This document shows positions 54,969 to 64,000 of a stretch of DNA of 64,000 nt, one piece after another. A model generated the notes under the pieces. The model saw only the letters and a list, made by a program, of their open reading frames with translations. It was not told the origin of the DNA and ran no database searches. Positions within the stretch are counted from its first letter, which is position 1; each line of letters begins with the position of its first letter. The translations under genes were made by a program, and so were the position numbers. The stretch is taken from the IMG/VR virus record IMGVR_UViG_3300044611_001018, one strand, 5' to 3'. The stretch is from a virus. Its lineage: Duplodnaviria; Caudoviricetes.

Positions 54969-55930
54969 GCTTCTCTTTCCAAATCTAAAGTTACGCAGTG
55001 GAATCCTCCACTAAGAGTTCTTTGATGCCTCATTGGAAGCATTGCACATTCTATGCCATATGTTTCTAAAATTTTTCTAGTTGGATGTTGATGTTCTTCA
55101 AGAGCAACTAGATTTGGAGAAACACTAAACAAATTCATGTTACACCACTCTGAGGCATTATTATAACCTGGATAGTATCCAATGTCTACTGGGTCTGGCG
55201 CATTGATAATTTCCCAAGTATTAAATGGATATGGAAGCATATCTCTATGTTTTACTCTTGTTGGATTTACCATCATCAAACCCTCACGTAAAAAAGCTAT
55301 AGTAGTATCAATATGAACAAAAGTGTAGATATCTTTTACAATCCTAACTGTTGCAGAAGAACCCAGATTATTTTGTAGAATAGTTGCTCCAGCAACGTTA
55401 CCGCTATTTGAGATTAAATACAAAACTTCTTCATTAGCACGAATTGCATTTGCAGCATCAAATGCTGGGGTTAACTCAGTTAGTGCTAGTACTGAAGGAT
55501 CACCAATACAAGATTCATCATATAAATCATCATGATATGAACAGGGAATTTCTATTGTTCTTGGAATATGGTGAGAAAAAGACCTCCAATTACCTCTTCT
55601 TGCTCTCAAAGGTTGTGGAGTTGCCAAGGATAATTCACCATGAACAAATACACAATCCCTTGGACAATAATTATAATATTTTGTAGGTTCTCTATTTGGT
55701 CTTAAAACTTCAACATTTTCACCAACTAAAAAATTACAAAAAGTTTCAAGATCTTCATTTGCCTCATCAATTACTTGTTGTGGATATAATCCCGTTTTAA
55801 CATCAGATACATCTTGAATTCCAGCATAATTAATTGTCCTTAAACTTTTATCCATTGTTGGGATAGTTGCATGATCTGCAACACCAACAATAACTTTTTT
55901 TAGTTTATCCCATTCGTTTTTTGCGTACAT
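54965..55930 (-). CDS. Amidinotransferase (Gly/inosamine-phosphate amidinotransferase family)
   Basis: NEWDKLKKVIVG, YCPRD, HIDTT, LSGGFHCVTLD catalytic Cys. Confidence 0.88.
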   Translation of the reverse strand: MYAKNEWDKLKKVIVGVADHATIPTMDKSLRTINYAGIQDVSDVKTGLYPQQVIDEANEDLETFCNFLVGENVEVLRPNREPTKYYNYCPRDCVFVHGELSLATPQPLRARRGNWRSFSHHIPRTIEIPCSYHDDLYDESCIGDPSVLALTELTPAFDAANAIRANEEVLYLISNSGNVAGATILQNNLGSSATVRIVKDIYTFVHIDTTIAFLREGLMMVNPTRVKHRDMLPYPFNTWEIINAPDPVDIGYYPGYNNASEWCNMNLFSVSPNLVALEEHQHPTRKILETYGIECAMLPMRHQRTLSGGFHCVTLDLEREA

Positions 55931-55933
55931 AAT

Positions 55934-56734
55934 TCAACTCGTAGTTAAAACCATTTTGTGGTCATTTTCTTTTCCATATGTAAAGAAGTCATCTAATGTA
56001 AATTTTAGATGTTCCTTCATCCACCAATAATAATATGCACATCTAGATTTTTTATGGTGAATTCTATTTATTTCTATACCAAACTCTGTGCTTGAAGATT
56101 TAATATTTGTGGTTATTAAAGGTATAGAATACGTTCTTCCAGTATGTCCGATGAGATAATCTACTGTTGTAGAACTCTTATTAAACTTATCAATTGATAC
56201 AACTTTATCAAATCTATACTTATCTCCATAACAATGCAATTCTAAAATTTTTTCAACGTATTCTCTAGTCAACATGACTGGTCCAAAATAACTATGTCTT
56301 AATTTTGGATGTAAAAAGAAAGGGATAAACTCTTCAGATTCAAATCCAAGTTGAATACAATCCCAATCATAGGGAAGTCTACTCATTAAGTAATTCCAAT
56401 CAAAATTCCAATATTCAAATAAATTCAAATCATAGTCATCTTCCATTAACAACAAATAATCATCTTGTTTAGTATTAATCCACCGTTTAAGGAATTCTAA
56501 ATGAGTAACCGCATTCCCTAAGGCATATGCAGGTATACCAGTTACTTTACCCACAACAAAGTCAGAACCCCATTCATTTAATTCAGAAGCTAGAAATTTA
56601 GATGCAGATACTCTTGTAAATTTTAACTTCCAGTAATCAAACTGGTCTTCCATATATTCTTTTCTGTCAATCCTATTGTCTAGATTAACATAATATATGT
56701 GAGGAAAATTATTAAATCTATTTTTTAAATCCAT
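55934..56734 (-). CDS. GT25-like glycosyltransferase (tandem copy 5)
   Basis: YVNLDNRIDR, MEDD, LPYDWDCIQL. Confidence 0.75.
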   Translation of the reverse strand: MDLKNRFNNFPHIYYVNLDNRIDRKEYMEDQFDYWKLKFTRVSASKFLASELNEWGSDFVVGKVTGIPAYALGNAVTHLEFLKRWINTKQDDYLLLMEDDYDLNLFEYWNFDWNYLMSRLPYDWDCIQLGFESEEFIPFFLHPKLRHSYFGPVMLTREYVEKILELHCYGDKYRFDKVVSIDKFNKSSTTVDYLIGHTGRTYSIPLITTNIKSSSTEFGIEINRIHHKKSRCAYYYWWMKEHLKFTLDDFFTYGKENDHKMVLTTS

Positions 56735-56739
56735 AACGA

Positions 56740-57540
56740 TTAAAAATACTTAGATACTTTCTTAATCATCCCAACGTCGTTTTGTTTTCCATATGTAAAT
56801 ATCTCATCAAAACTATGTCGTTTACTATCATTCCTCCACCAATCATAGTAAGCAAGTCTTGATGCTTTTGTAATAATATATCTTTTAGTTGTTTTATCAA
56901 AAAAATCTGTATGGTTTGGAAACATTGGCAAACAATATGTTTTTCCACAATGTCCCAAAAAATAGTCTACTGTGCCAGACTTTAATCCATAATTTTTATT
57001 TGCAATATAGTTTGTAAGATTATATTTTTCTCCTACACAATGAAGTCTTATTAATTTTTTAACATATCTCCTATTAAGCATCGAGATGCCAAACGTATGA
57101 GCTGGCATGATTGGATGTAAGTAGAATGGAATATAATTTATATTCTCAAATCCAAGGAGTAAAGAATCCCAATCATAAGGAAGTCTACTCATTAAATATT
57201 CCCAATCAAATTGCCAATAAATTTCTAACCCAAAATCTAGAGTATCTTTAGAAATTATTAATCTATCTTCTTCAGTATTGTCATACCAATTTTTTAAAAA
57301 CTCCAATACGCTAATAGCATAAGCTGCTGTAGGTATTGGTAATTTATATTCCTTTAAATTAATCAGTAGATTCTTCCATTCAGATACATTATCTTTTGTA
57401 TATTTAATTGGTACTCTTTCATAATCTTGAACCCGCATATTACTTAGATTACGATCCATATGCTCATCCAAATGAGCATGTTCATCATAGTTAAAATAAT
57501 ATACTTTTGGTATTCCTTTTAATTTATCTTTTAAATTCAT
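56740..57540 (-). CDS. GT25-like protein with degenerate EDD (tandem copy 4)
   Basis: LPYDWD present; EDD replaced by KDT. Confidence 0.65.
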   Translation of the reverse strand: MNLKDKLKGIPKVYYFNYDEHAHLDEHMDRNLSNMRVQDYERVPIKYTKDNVSEWKNLLINLKEYKLPIPTAAYAISVLEFLKNWYDNTEEDRLIISKDTLDFGLEIYWQFDWEYLMSRLPYDWDSLLLGFENINYIPFYLHPIMPAHTFGISMLNRRYVKKLIRLHCVGEKYNLTNYIANKNYGLKSGTVDYFLGHCGKTYCLPMFPNHTDFFDKTTKRYIITKASRLAYYDWWRNDSKRHSFDEIFTYGKQNDVGMIKKVSKYF

Positions 57541-57610
57541 AATAAGTTAGAAACTCTTCTCTACAATTCAGTACTTCTGTTCAAAGTATTTATCGTCCCA
57601 TAGGGGGAAA

Positions 57611-58513
57611 TTATTTTCTAAAGTAGTCAAGATAAAGTTCCCCATATAATTCTACACCTTTATTTGATATATCATATGTCCTAAACCTCTCAGGTTTTAA
57701 ACTCATTCTCTCATGGTCATCTGATCCATATGTAAAAAATTGATCTATAGAATACAAGTCTCGCTCATGTTGCCACCAAAAATAATAAGTATTTCTTGCC
57801 ATAACATCACCCTCTTCTCTAAAAAATCTTTGGATGACACTATTATTTTCAAAACTTCCAAAATTTGGATTGATAGTAATTAAAGGTAAGCAATAAGTTC
57901 TTCCAGTATGCACCATAAAATAGTCAACTGTTCCAGATCCAGCAACATCGTTTTGCCTATTCCATGCAGCATTACAAACAGTATTAACTAGTTTATATTG
58001 ATCCCCAACGCAATGCAAATCTAATAGCTTCTCAACATAACCTCGATTTAACAAAACTGGACCAAAGTCATGAGCTGGTTCAATTGGGTGCAAATGAAAC
58101 TTCAATGCAGTTGGATTTTCAAATCCCATCAAAATGCAATCCCAATCATAAGGCAATCTTTCTATAAGATCTCTCCAAGAAAAATGCCAACGTTCAATAA
58201 GTCCCAAATCATAATCATCTTCCATTAAAATAACATATTGGTCTTCAGTATTTCTATACCAATCCTTTAGAAAATCCAAATGTGTTATTGCATTTGCGGC
58301 AATTGGAACTAACAAGTTATATTCATCAATATCTTTTATTAAATGCTTCCACTTACCATTTTCAGATGCTAGATATTTTGTTCCAGAAACTCTAGAGTAC
58401 TTTATACCATACTTATCAAATTGCTTAACCATCCAATTTTTTCTATCTAATCTATTATCCAGATTAAAATAGTTTACTAATGGCATCCCATCCAACTTAC
58501 TTTTTATATCCAT
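57611..58513 (-). CDS. GT25-like glycosyltransferase (tandem copy 3)
   Basis: YFNLDNRLDR, MEDD, LPYDWDC. Confidence 0.75.
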   Translation of the reverse strand: MDIKSKLDGMPLVNYFNLDNRLDRKNWMVKQFDKYGIKYSRVSGTKYLASENGKWKHLIKDIDEYNLLVPIAANAITHLDFLKDWYRNTEDQYVILMEDDYDLGLIERWHFSWRDLIERLPYDWDCILMGFENPTALKFHLHPIEPAHDFGPVLLNRGYVEKLLDLHCVGDQYKLVNTVCNAAWNRQNDVAGSGTVDYFMVHTGRTYCLPLITINPNFGSFENNSVIQRFFREEGDVMARNTYYFWWQHERDLYSIDQFFTYGSDDHERMSLKPERFRTYDISNKGVELYGELYLDYFRK

Positions 58514-59388
58514 ATTAATAACCCTTCAGATTTATCCTTAAACACATAAGGTTTTTTAGTGGATATATCAAACATTACCTCCATTCTCCATTCATCATTT
58601 TTATTATAATGAAAAAATTCAAATGCAGAATATGATTTACTTCTCACATTCCACCAGTATTCTGTAGCTTCTGAAGATAATTTATCAACCAAATCGTTAA
58701 CAGTATCACTACCAATAAATTTTTCATTCAAAGAAAATATTGGCAACGTATATGTTATTCCAATATCATAAAAGAAATTGTGCAACCCACCATACTCAAA
58801 ATTGGGTATTGATTTATCTGGAGTAGTGTAATGAAGTAAAAATTTACCATTTCTATAATGGTAATGCTTAATTCTTTTAGCAAAATAACGAGTAATCATG
58901 TAGCAATGACAAGACCCACTATCAGATTCCCATGGGTGCAAGTGCATTTTTATTCTTCGTTCAGCAGAACTAAAAAGTTGAATACAATCCCAATTATATG
59001 GAAGATTTTTTGTTAATAAATCCCAATTAAAAAACCAGTTATTAACAATATCAAACTTAATAATATCCTCCATAAAAATACAAGTCTCTGATTCATTTGA
59101 ATCATACCAATCAATGATTGATTGTAAAGTATTTAAAGTTAATGCTAGTTCTGATGGAGACTGAACTAATTCTTTGTCCAAAACAAGATGCTTCCAATCA
59201 TCATAGTTATCTTCACGGTATATCTTTCTATATCTACTAAAGTTAGAAATTCCCCAAGATTTAAATTGGTTCTGCATATATTCATTTTTTTCAACATCAT
59301 CCTCATGATTTAAATAGATTATTTTAGGAATACCAACTAATCTATTGGTTATAGCATTACATGCTATTTCTAATTCTTCTTCAATCAT
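58504..59388 (-). CDS. GT25-like glycosyltransferase (tandem copy 2)
   Basis: YLNHEDD, MEDI, LPYNWDCIQL. Confidence 0.7.
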   Translation of the reverse strand: MIEEELEIACNAITNRLVGIPKIIYLNHEDDVEKNEYMQNQFKSWGISNFSRYRKIYREDNYDDWKHLVLDKELVQSPSELALTLNTLQSIIDWYDSNESETCIFMEDIIKFDIVNNWFFNWDLLTKNLPYNWDCIQLFSSAERRIKMHLHPWESDSGSCHCYMITRYFAKRIKHYHYRNGKFLLHYTTPDKSIPNFEYGGLHNFFYDIGITYTLPIFSLNEKFIGSDTVNDLVDKLSSEATEYWWNVRSKSYSAFEFFHYNKNDEWRMEVMFDISTKKPYVFKDKSEGLLIWI

Positions 59389-60263
59389 TTTGGCAACACC
59401 TTTTTATCATACTGTGGCAACTGTACTTGCATCATCTCATGAACAGATCCACCATAACTCAGGATATCATCTGCAGTATATTTGTGACTATTATTTTCCC
59501 ACCATTTTTTTATACATGATGTAGCCAAAATATCATAGATTTTATTGTGATATGCACTGATTATAGGATCATACTCTTCATCATTTTCTATATTTTCAAT
59601 CTTATTATCTGGTGCAATAGCTAGTTTAGGATCTAAACAAAACAAAGGTAACGTGTAAGACTTTCCTATTTGATAGAGCAAAAAGTCATCACTACTATAG
59701 GATTCCCTAGGAACTTTCATATCCCTAAGACTATTATCAAGTTTAAATGTGCCATCAGATTTTAAATGTACTTTGATTAGTTTTTCAACAAAAAATCTAT
59801 TAACAATAAAACAAGCAGCAGAGGAACTATGCCACTCTCTTGGATGCAAATGCATCTTTAACACATGATCGTGACAATAATAAAATTGAACAATGTCCCA
59901 ATTATACGGCAAACTCTTCATCACCATTTCCCAATCAAAAGGCCAATATTCAACTAAGTCAAAACAAAGGTCATCTTGAACTATCATGCAAACATCAGAT
60001 ATCCCAGACTCATACCATTCAATTAAGGTAGTAAATTCATTCATTACAATTGATGCATCAGATGGTGCAAGAAGCATCAAATCTAATTTATGTGCCCATT
60101 CATCTATTTTTGCTGTTGAAAATCTAGAGGCAGAGACTCTAGTAAAATCAGTTATTCCCCATTTTTTAAATTGACCCTCGATATGTTCTTTTCTATCCAA
60201 TCTATGGTCTAGGTTCAAATAAAAAATAGGAGGCAAACCTTTTAATTTATTATCTAAATTCAT
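59385..60263 (-). CDS. GT25-like glycosyltransferase (tandem copy 1)
   Basis: YLNLDHRLDR, VQDD, LPYNWDIVQF. Confidence 0.7.
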   Translation of the reverse strand: MNLDNKLKGLPPIFYLNLDHRLDRKEHIEGQFKKWGITDFTRVSASRFSTAKIDEWAHKLDLMLLAPSDASIVMNEFTTLIEWYESGISDVCMIVQDDLCFDLVEYWPFDWEMVMKSLPYNWDIVQFYYCHDHVLKMHLHPREWHSSSAACFIVNRFFVEKLIKVHLKSDGTFKLDNSLRDMKVPRESYSSDDFLLYQIGKSYTLPLFCLDPKLAIAPDNKIENIENDEEYDPIISAYHNKIYDILATSCIKKWWENNSHKYTADDILSYGGSVHEMMQVQLPQYDKKVLPK

Positions 60264-60862
60264 TTTTTAAATACCTCCATATTAGGCAAGAAGGGATAAT
60301 CCAAATATTGAAATCTTTTTGGTTTTTTAAATGCCACATCATTAAATTTTTGAATGCCTAAAGATGCAGTTTCTGGCGTCATATAATAATGATAACCAAT
60401 CATATCTATATTCTGTTCTCCCCATGGTTTATCGTTAGTTCTTCCATCATAAACCATTTTTTTAAGCGTCGTATATGCCTCCTTATCATCCAATAATATA
60501 ATTCCACCACGACCAAGATTTAAATGCTTCTTAAATTGAAAACTAATGCACATATATGTACCAGGAATATATGTATTCTGCTCCCATAAAACCGCAGCAT
60601 CAATTATATTAGTATTCCAAAGATAATAATAATCTGTCCAAATATAATTTTTTTTCCATGTCCATTTTATACCCAATTTTTCAGCAGTAAATGGAATAGA
60701 AATATAAGTGTGCTCTGGTATTTGTATATCATTATACTTTTCATATCTAAGACATAACTCTATAGCATGAGTACAACAATCCGTTGCCACAGCATAAGGT
60801 GCATTAAAAAAATTAGATATTATTTTTTCAAACCTATTAACTACATCAAATTCCATTTTCAT
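60260..60862 (-). CDS. Short DegT/DnrJ/EryC1/StrS PLP aminotransferase
   Basis: VATDCCTHAIELCL, IDAA, SFQFKKHLNLGRGG, GYHYYM. Confidence 0.82.
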   Translation of the reverse strand: MKMEFDVVNRFEKIISNFFNAPYAVATDCCTHAIELCLRYEKYNDIQIPEHTYISIPFTAEKLGIKWTWKKNYIWTDYYYLWNTNIIDAAVLWEQNTYIPGTYMCISFQFKKHLNLGRGGIILLDDKEAYTTLKKMVYDGRTNDKPWGEQNIDMIGYHYYMTPETASLGIQKFNDVAFKKPKRFQYLDYPFLPNMEVFKK

Positions 60863-61577
60863 AAAGATTGTAATCCTCACTATACAAATTGTTAAATTCT
60901 TCTAAATCTGGTTCAACATAGTCTTGATATATTTTTTTACATATTGAACTGTAATTGGGCATAAAATATTTTGAATTTCTTAAATGAGGAATTTCAAATG
61001 ATTTATATTTTACTCTTTCAATATCATCTTGAATATTAGTTCTTATAAAATTATTAACTTTAAATGTCATATCTCCTTCCAATTTTATTAATTTAAGATT
61101 TCCTTTGTTCTCAAGACACAATCTTAGAAATAATTTTTGAGGAGCTGTATGTTCATCATAGATGTACTTTTTATTTTTAACTTGTTTAACAACCCATTCA
61201 ATAGGTGGTTTATATCTACACATAAATTCATTCAATCCAGATATCCATCTTTTAGTAGGATCCCTAGTAATTGCAAAGAATATATGTTCAGATTCTACAA
61301 AATATTGTGCTAAAAAATCTGGGTCTTTTGCTCTTGGTAATTTATCTAATGGGATGAAATTTGGACAATGAGCATTAAATGCTGTAGTAATAGAAGTACT
61401 ACCACACTTATCAACATGCATAAAAACTAATTTATAATTTTTTGCCCAGTAGCAATTTACAAATCCTTCTTTATGAATAACTTGTCCATCTATACCTTTT
61501 TGTAACTTAAAAGTAAATGCAGAGCAATGTTTTGAACATTGTTCTACAATATCATCTATGACTGCTCTTCTTTTCAT
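60846..61577 (-). CDS. Sulfotransferase family protein
   Basis: FMHVDKCGSTS (5'-PSB), RDPTKRWISG (3'-PB). Confidence 0.75.
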   Translation of the reverse strand: MKRRAVIDDIVEQCSKHCSAFTFKLQKGIDGQVIHKEGFVNCYWAKNYKLVFMHVDKCGSTSITTAFNAHCPNFIPLDKLPRAKDPDFLAQYFVESEHIFFAITRDPTKRWISGLNEFMCRYKPPIEWVVKQVKNKKYIYDEHTAPQKLFLRLCLENKGNLKLIKLEGDMTFKVNNFIRTNIQDDIERVKYKSFEIPHLRNSKYFMPNYSSICKKIYQDYVEPDLEEFNNLYSEDYNLYENGI

Positions 61578-62089
61578 ATCGTTGCTGTTATCTGCATTGT
61601 ATATCTATTTTCATCTCCAAGGTTTGCTGCCATATGTGGTGCATCTCCTCTCCACATATAACAATCACCCTTCTTCCAATTAACAATTGGTGTTCGGTTC
61701 AATTCAAAATAATGCCCAGATTTCCAGTCATTTAAAAAGATTAAAAATCTACACACATTATTTTGGTCTTCAATATTATATACCTTTCTATATCTAGGAT
61801 ACGTATCTTGGTGTTCTGGCATAATAGTTCCAGGTGGCATACAATATACGGACAAAGAAGTATTTTTTACTTGATGTTCCTTTTTAATTTCATTCACAAT
61901 ATCATGACACCATTGTGGAACTCCTCTATATTCTTCCCTTAAAAGACCAGTATAGTTCACATACAAATGCCCCAATGATTTCCACCGATTAACGGTTTCA
62001 TCATCAGGGAATTGTCTTCTATCTGGATATTCTATATTAGTATAATCTCCGATTATATCGGGATTTATGCTTTTTACTCTATAATTCAT
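61574..62089 (-). CDS. Cupin/2OG-Fe(II) oxygenase-like protein
   Basis: MPPG..MPEHQD, PHMAAN...RYTMQIT. Confidence 0.75.
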   Translation of the reverse strand: MNYRVKSINPDIIGDYTNIEYPDRRQFPDDETVNRWKSLGHLYVNYTGLLREEYRGVPQWCHDIVNEIKKEHQVKNTSLSVYCMPPGTIMPEHQDTYPRYRKVYNIEDQNNVCRFLIFLNDWKSGHYFELNRTPIVNWKKGDCYMWRGDAPHMAANLGDENRYTMQITATI

Positions 62090-62607
62090 TGTGGTAAATA
62101 TATATTATTTTGATTTTTACTGTACCAACAAGGCAAAGTATACCTCTCACCACTTATTACTTTAGTGACTCCATGATAAGTACGAGAACTAAAAAATATT
62201 ATTTTACCTTTTTTAGGGTTACATGTAAAGTTATCACTTGGGAAGTATGTCTTTCCTCCAGTAAAATTATCGTTTAAATATAAAACAGAACTATAGTCTC
62301 GATGATTTTGGTCTTGATGAACTTCCATATCTATTCCAGGGAGCATTTGAACAATGCTCCAATATTCCAAATATAAATTTACATCTAAGTTATCCCTATA
62401 AAATAATTTAGATAAAGTTTGAATGGATTTAATTTGAAGTATAAGAAGATTGGATAATAGTATCTTATCTTCAACTAAGTAAGGACACAAAGTTTTATCT
62501 TCAAAATAACCTTCTAGATGTATATTCCTAAAATTAGTATTATTAAAGTATTTTACTAAGTCATCACATATAGACTCATCTAAAAAATTTTCTATTTCGT
62601 AAATCAC
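62086..62607 (-). CDS. 2OG-Fe(II) oxygenase (prolyl hydroxylase-like)
   Basis: VHQD, VLYLNDNFTGG, YHGV...GERYT. Confidence 0.85.
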   Translation of the reverse strand: MIYEIENFLDESICDDLVKYFNNTNFRNIHLEGYFEDKTLCPYLVEDKILLSNLLILQIKSIQTLSKLFYRDNLDVNLYLEYWSIVQMLPGIDMEVHQDQNHRDYSSVLYLNDNFTGGKTYFPSDNFTCNPKKGKIIFFSSRTYHGVTKVISGERYTLPCWYSKNQNNIYLPQ

Positions 62608-62609
62608 AT

Positions 62610-63992
62610 TTAAAATTTAAAATCGGAGAATAATTTTTTAGCAGAAGATTTTTTTTCTTCATATTCATATTCTTCTTCCTGCCCACTATCGGTAATATTA
62701 TTTTGGGCACTTTGTTCACAATCATACAATCTCATTTTTGCTCTATCAATACCCAGAACAAACCGTTTAAATACTGTAGGATCATTATATCTATTCTTAA
62801 GTTGCTTTACCATAATCTGTCCAAGTTGCTCCAACTCTTCTGTGCTAATAAGAGCAAACATAAGGTCGGCAGTAGCAGGAAGACCAAAGGATTCAGAAGT
62901 ATCAGTAAGTTCAACATCAGAGTTGCCATAACCTGAACGAGTAGTTTGAGTGGCAGACATGATTGGCACATTGAATTCGACTGCAAGACCCCTAAGTTCC
63001 TCAGCAATTGCCTTGATATACGAATAAGAATTAACAGACATGTTTCCCCGATACCTGCTGGAAGCACAAATATTAAGGTAATCGATAAAAATAATATCAG
63101 GTTTAAATGACTTCTTAAGTGTAAGTTCATTAAGCAATGCTTTAAAGTGTCCACTATGCGCTGATGCAGTTGGATACTCTTTAATTATAAGATGTCCTTT
63201 TGTTTTATTTACAAGAGTATTAATTTTATTTTCAAAAATTTGTTTTGGTAAATTAATTAATTCTTGGATTGGAACATTGAGAAGGTTTGCATCAATTCGC
63301 TCTGCAATTCGTTCCTCCGCCATTTCAAGTGTGATATAGAGAACGTTCCTGCCTTGCAATAAGACGGAACTAGCCACATGACACATGAATAGCGATTTCC
63401 CAACGCCTGTCCCAGCGAGAGCGATGTTGAGAGTCTTATTAGGGAGACCACCTTTTGTAATTTTGTTGAAATACTCCAGGTCAAACTCAATCTTATCTTC
63501 CTTCCTGTGGTAAAAATCATAACGTTCTTCATAATTTTGTAAGTAATCATGACCAATATTGTTATCAAAAGATACTGCTAGGGCATCTGAAAGAATATTT
63601 GGAATAGCATCTCTTGTTTTTTTCTCATCATTACCATCAGCAATGTGAATAGATTCCATAAGTGCAAGATAAATTGCACGATCTCGGCACCATTTTTCAG
63701 TTGTATCAAGTAACCACTGTTGGTCTACAGGAGAATCATCAAGAGAATTACTAATTTCTCTAATTTCTTTAACTTCAGACTCAGTAAGATCTGTACGATT
63801 TTCTAACTCAATGCCAAGTGCTTCTAAAGTAATTGCTGAACCATATTTAACAATAAATTGAACAACTTCTTCAAAAATTACTTTTTCAGTTACTTTATCA
63901 AAATAAGTTGGTTGAATAAATGGAATAACTTTTCTAGAGTAATCTTCATTAAATACTAAATTTCTGAGAATGGTTGTCTCAATTCGTTCCAT
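62610..63992 (-). CDS. gp41: Replicative DNA helicase
   Basis: AGTGVGKS Walker A, IFIDYLNI, ATQTTR, KQLKNRY. Confidence 0.97.
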   Translation of the reverse strand: MERIETTILRNLVFNEDYSRKVIPFIQPTYFDKVTEKVIFEEVVQFIVKYGSAITLEALGIELENRTDLTESEVKEIREISNSLDDSPVDQQWLLDTTEKWCRDRAIYLALMESIHIADGNDEKKTRDAIPNILSDALAVSFDNNIGHDYLQNYEERYDFYHRKEDKIEFDLEYFNKITKGGLPNKTLNIALAGTGVGKSLFMCHVASSVLLQGRNVLYITLEMAEERIAERIDANLLNVPIQELINLPKQIFENKINTLVNKTKGHLIIKEYPTASAHSGHFKALLNELTLKKSFKPDIIFIDYLNICASSRYRGNMSVNSYSYIKAIAEELRGLAVEFNVPIMSATQTTRSGYGNSDVELTDTSESFGLPATADLMFALISTEELEQLGQIMVKQLKNRYNDPTVFKRFVLGIDRAKMRLYDCEQSAQNNITDSGQEEEYEYEEKKSSAKKLFSDFKF

Positions 63993-64000
63993 AAGAGAAT

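Noticed and set aside
63979-64000. Possible C-terminus of UvsX (…FSYGTN*) at the right edge
   Set aside because: Fits the expected synteny, but 7 codons are too few to call.

Overview
A 64-kb segment of a T4-like cyanomyovirus genome, mostly on the minus strand; a freshwater picocyanobacterial host is a weak inference. Left to right: (1) auxiliary metabolic genes gnd (partial), zwf, PTOX, talC, psbD, psbA, peroxiredoxin, two hli, petF and a som-type porin, with sigma70 and T4 late promoters; (2) a GDP-fucose/glycosyltransferase operon (gmd, fcl, GT11, GT6, GT4, GT25); (3) a tRNA region holding 9 of the window's 10 tRNAs, interleaved with 2OG-Fe(II)/AspH-like oxygenases and several structured non-coding spacers; (4) wall hydrolases, a plus-strand operon of secreted proteins, virion proteins and an autotransporter-like beta-barrel; (5) core genes nrdB, nrdA, gp61 primase, mazG and gp41 helicase, with an AT-rich ~9-kb island between mazG and gp41. 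Best candidates for something undescribed: the island encoding dehydrogenase, amidinotransferase, five tandem GT25-like proteins, PLP aminotransferase, sulfotransferase and oxygenases (a possible guanidino-sugar pathway); two structured RNAs bracketed by tRNA genes whose G-U pairs and tetraloops work only on the tRNA strand; the repeated placement of AspH-like oxygenases directly upstream of tRNA genes; and host regulator sites (HLR1/RpaB, NtcA, Pho box) in AMG promoters. All calls are from reading the sequence by eye; no database search or folding program was run.
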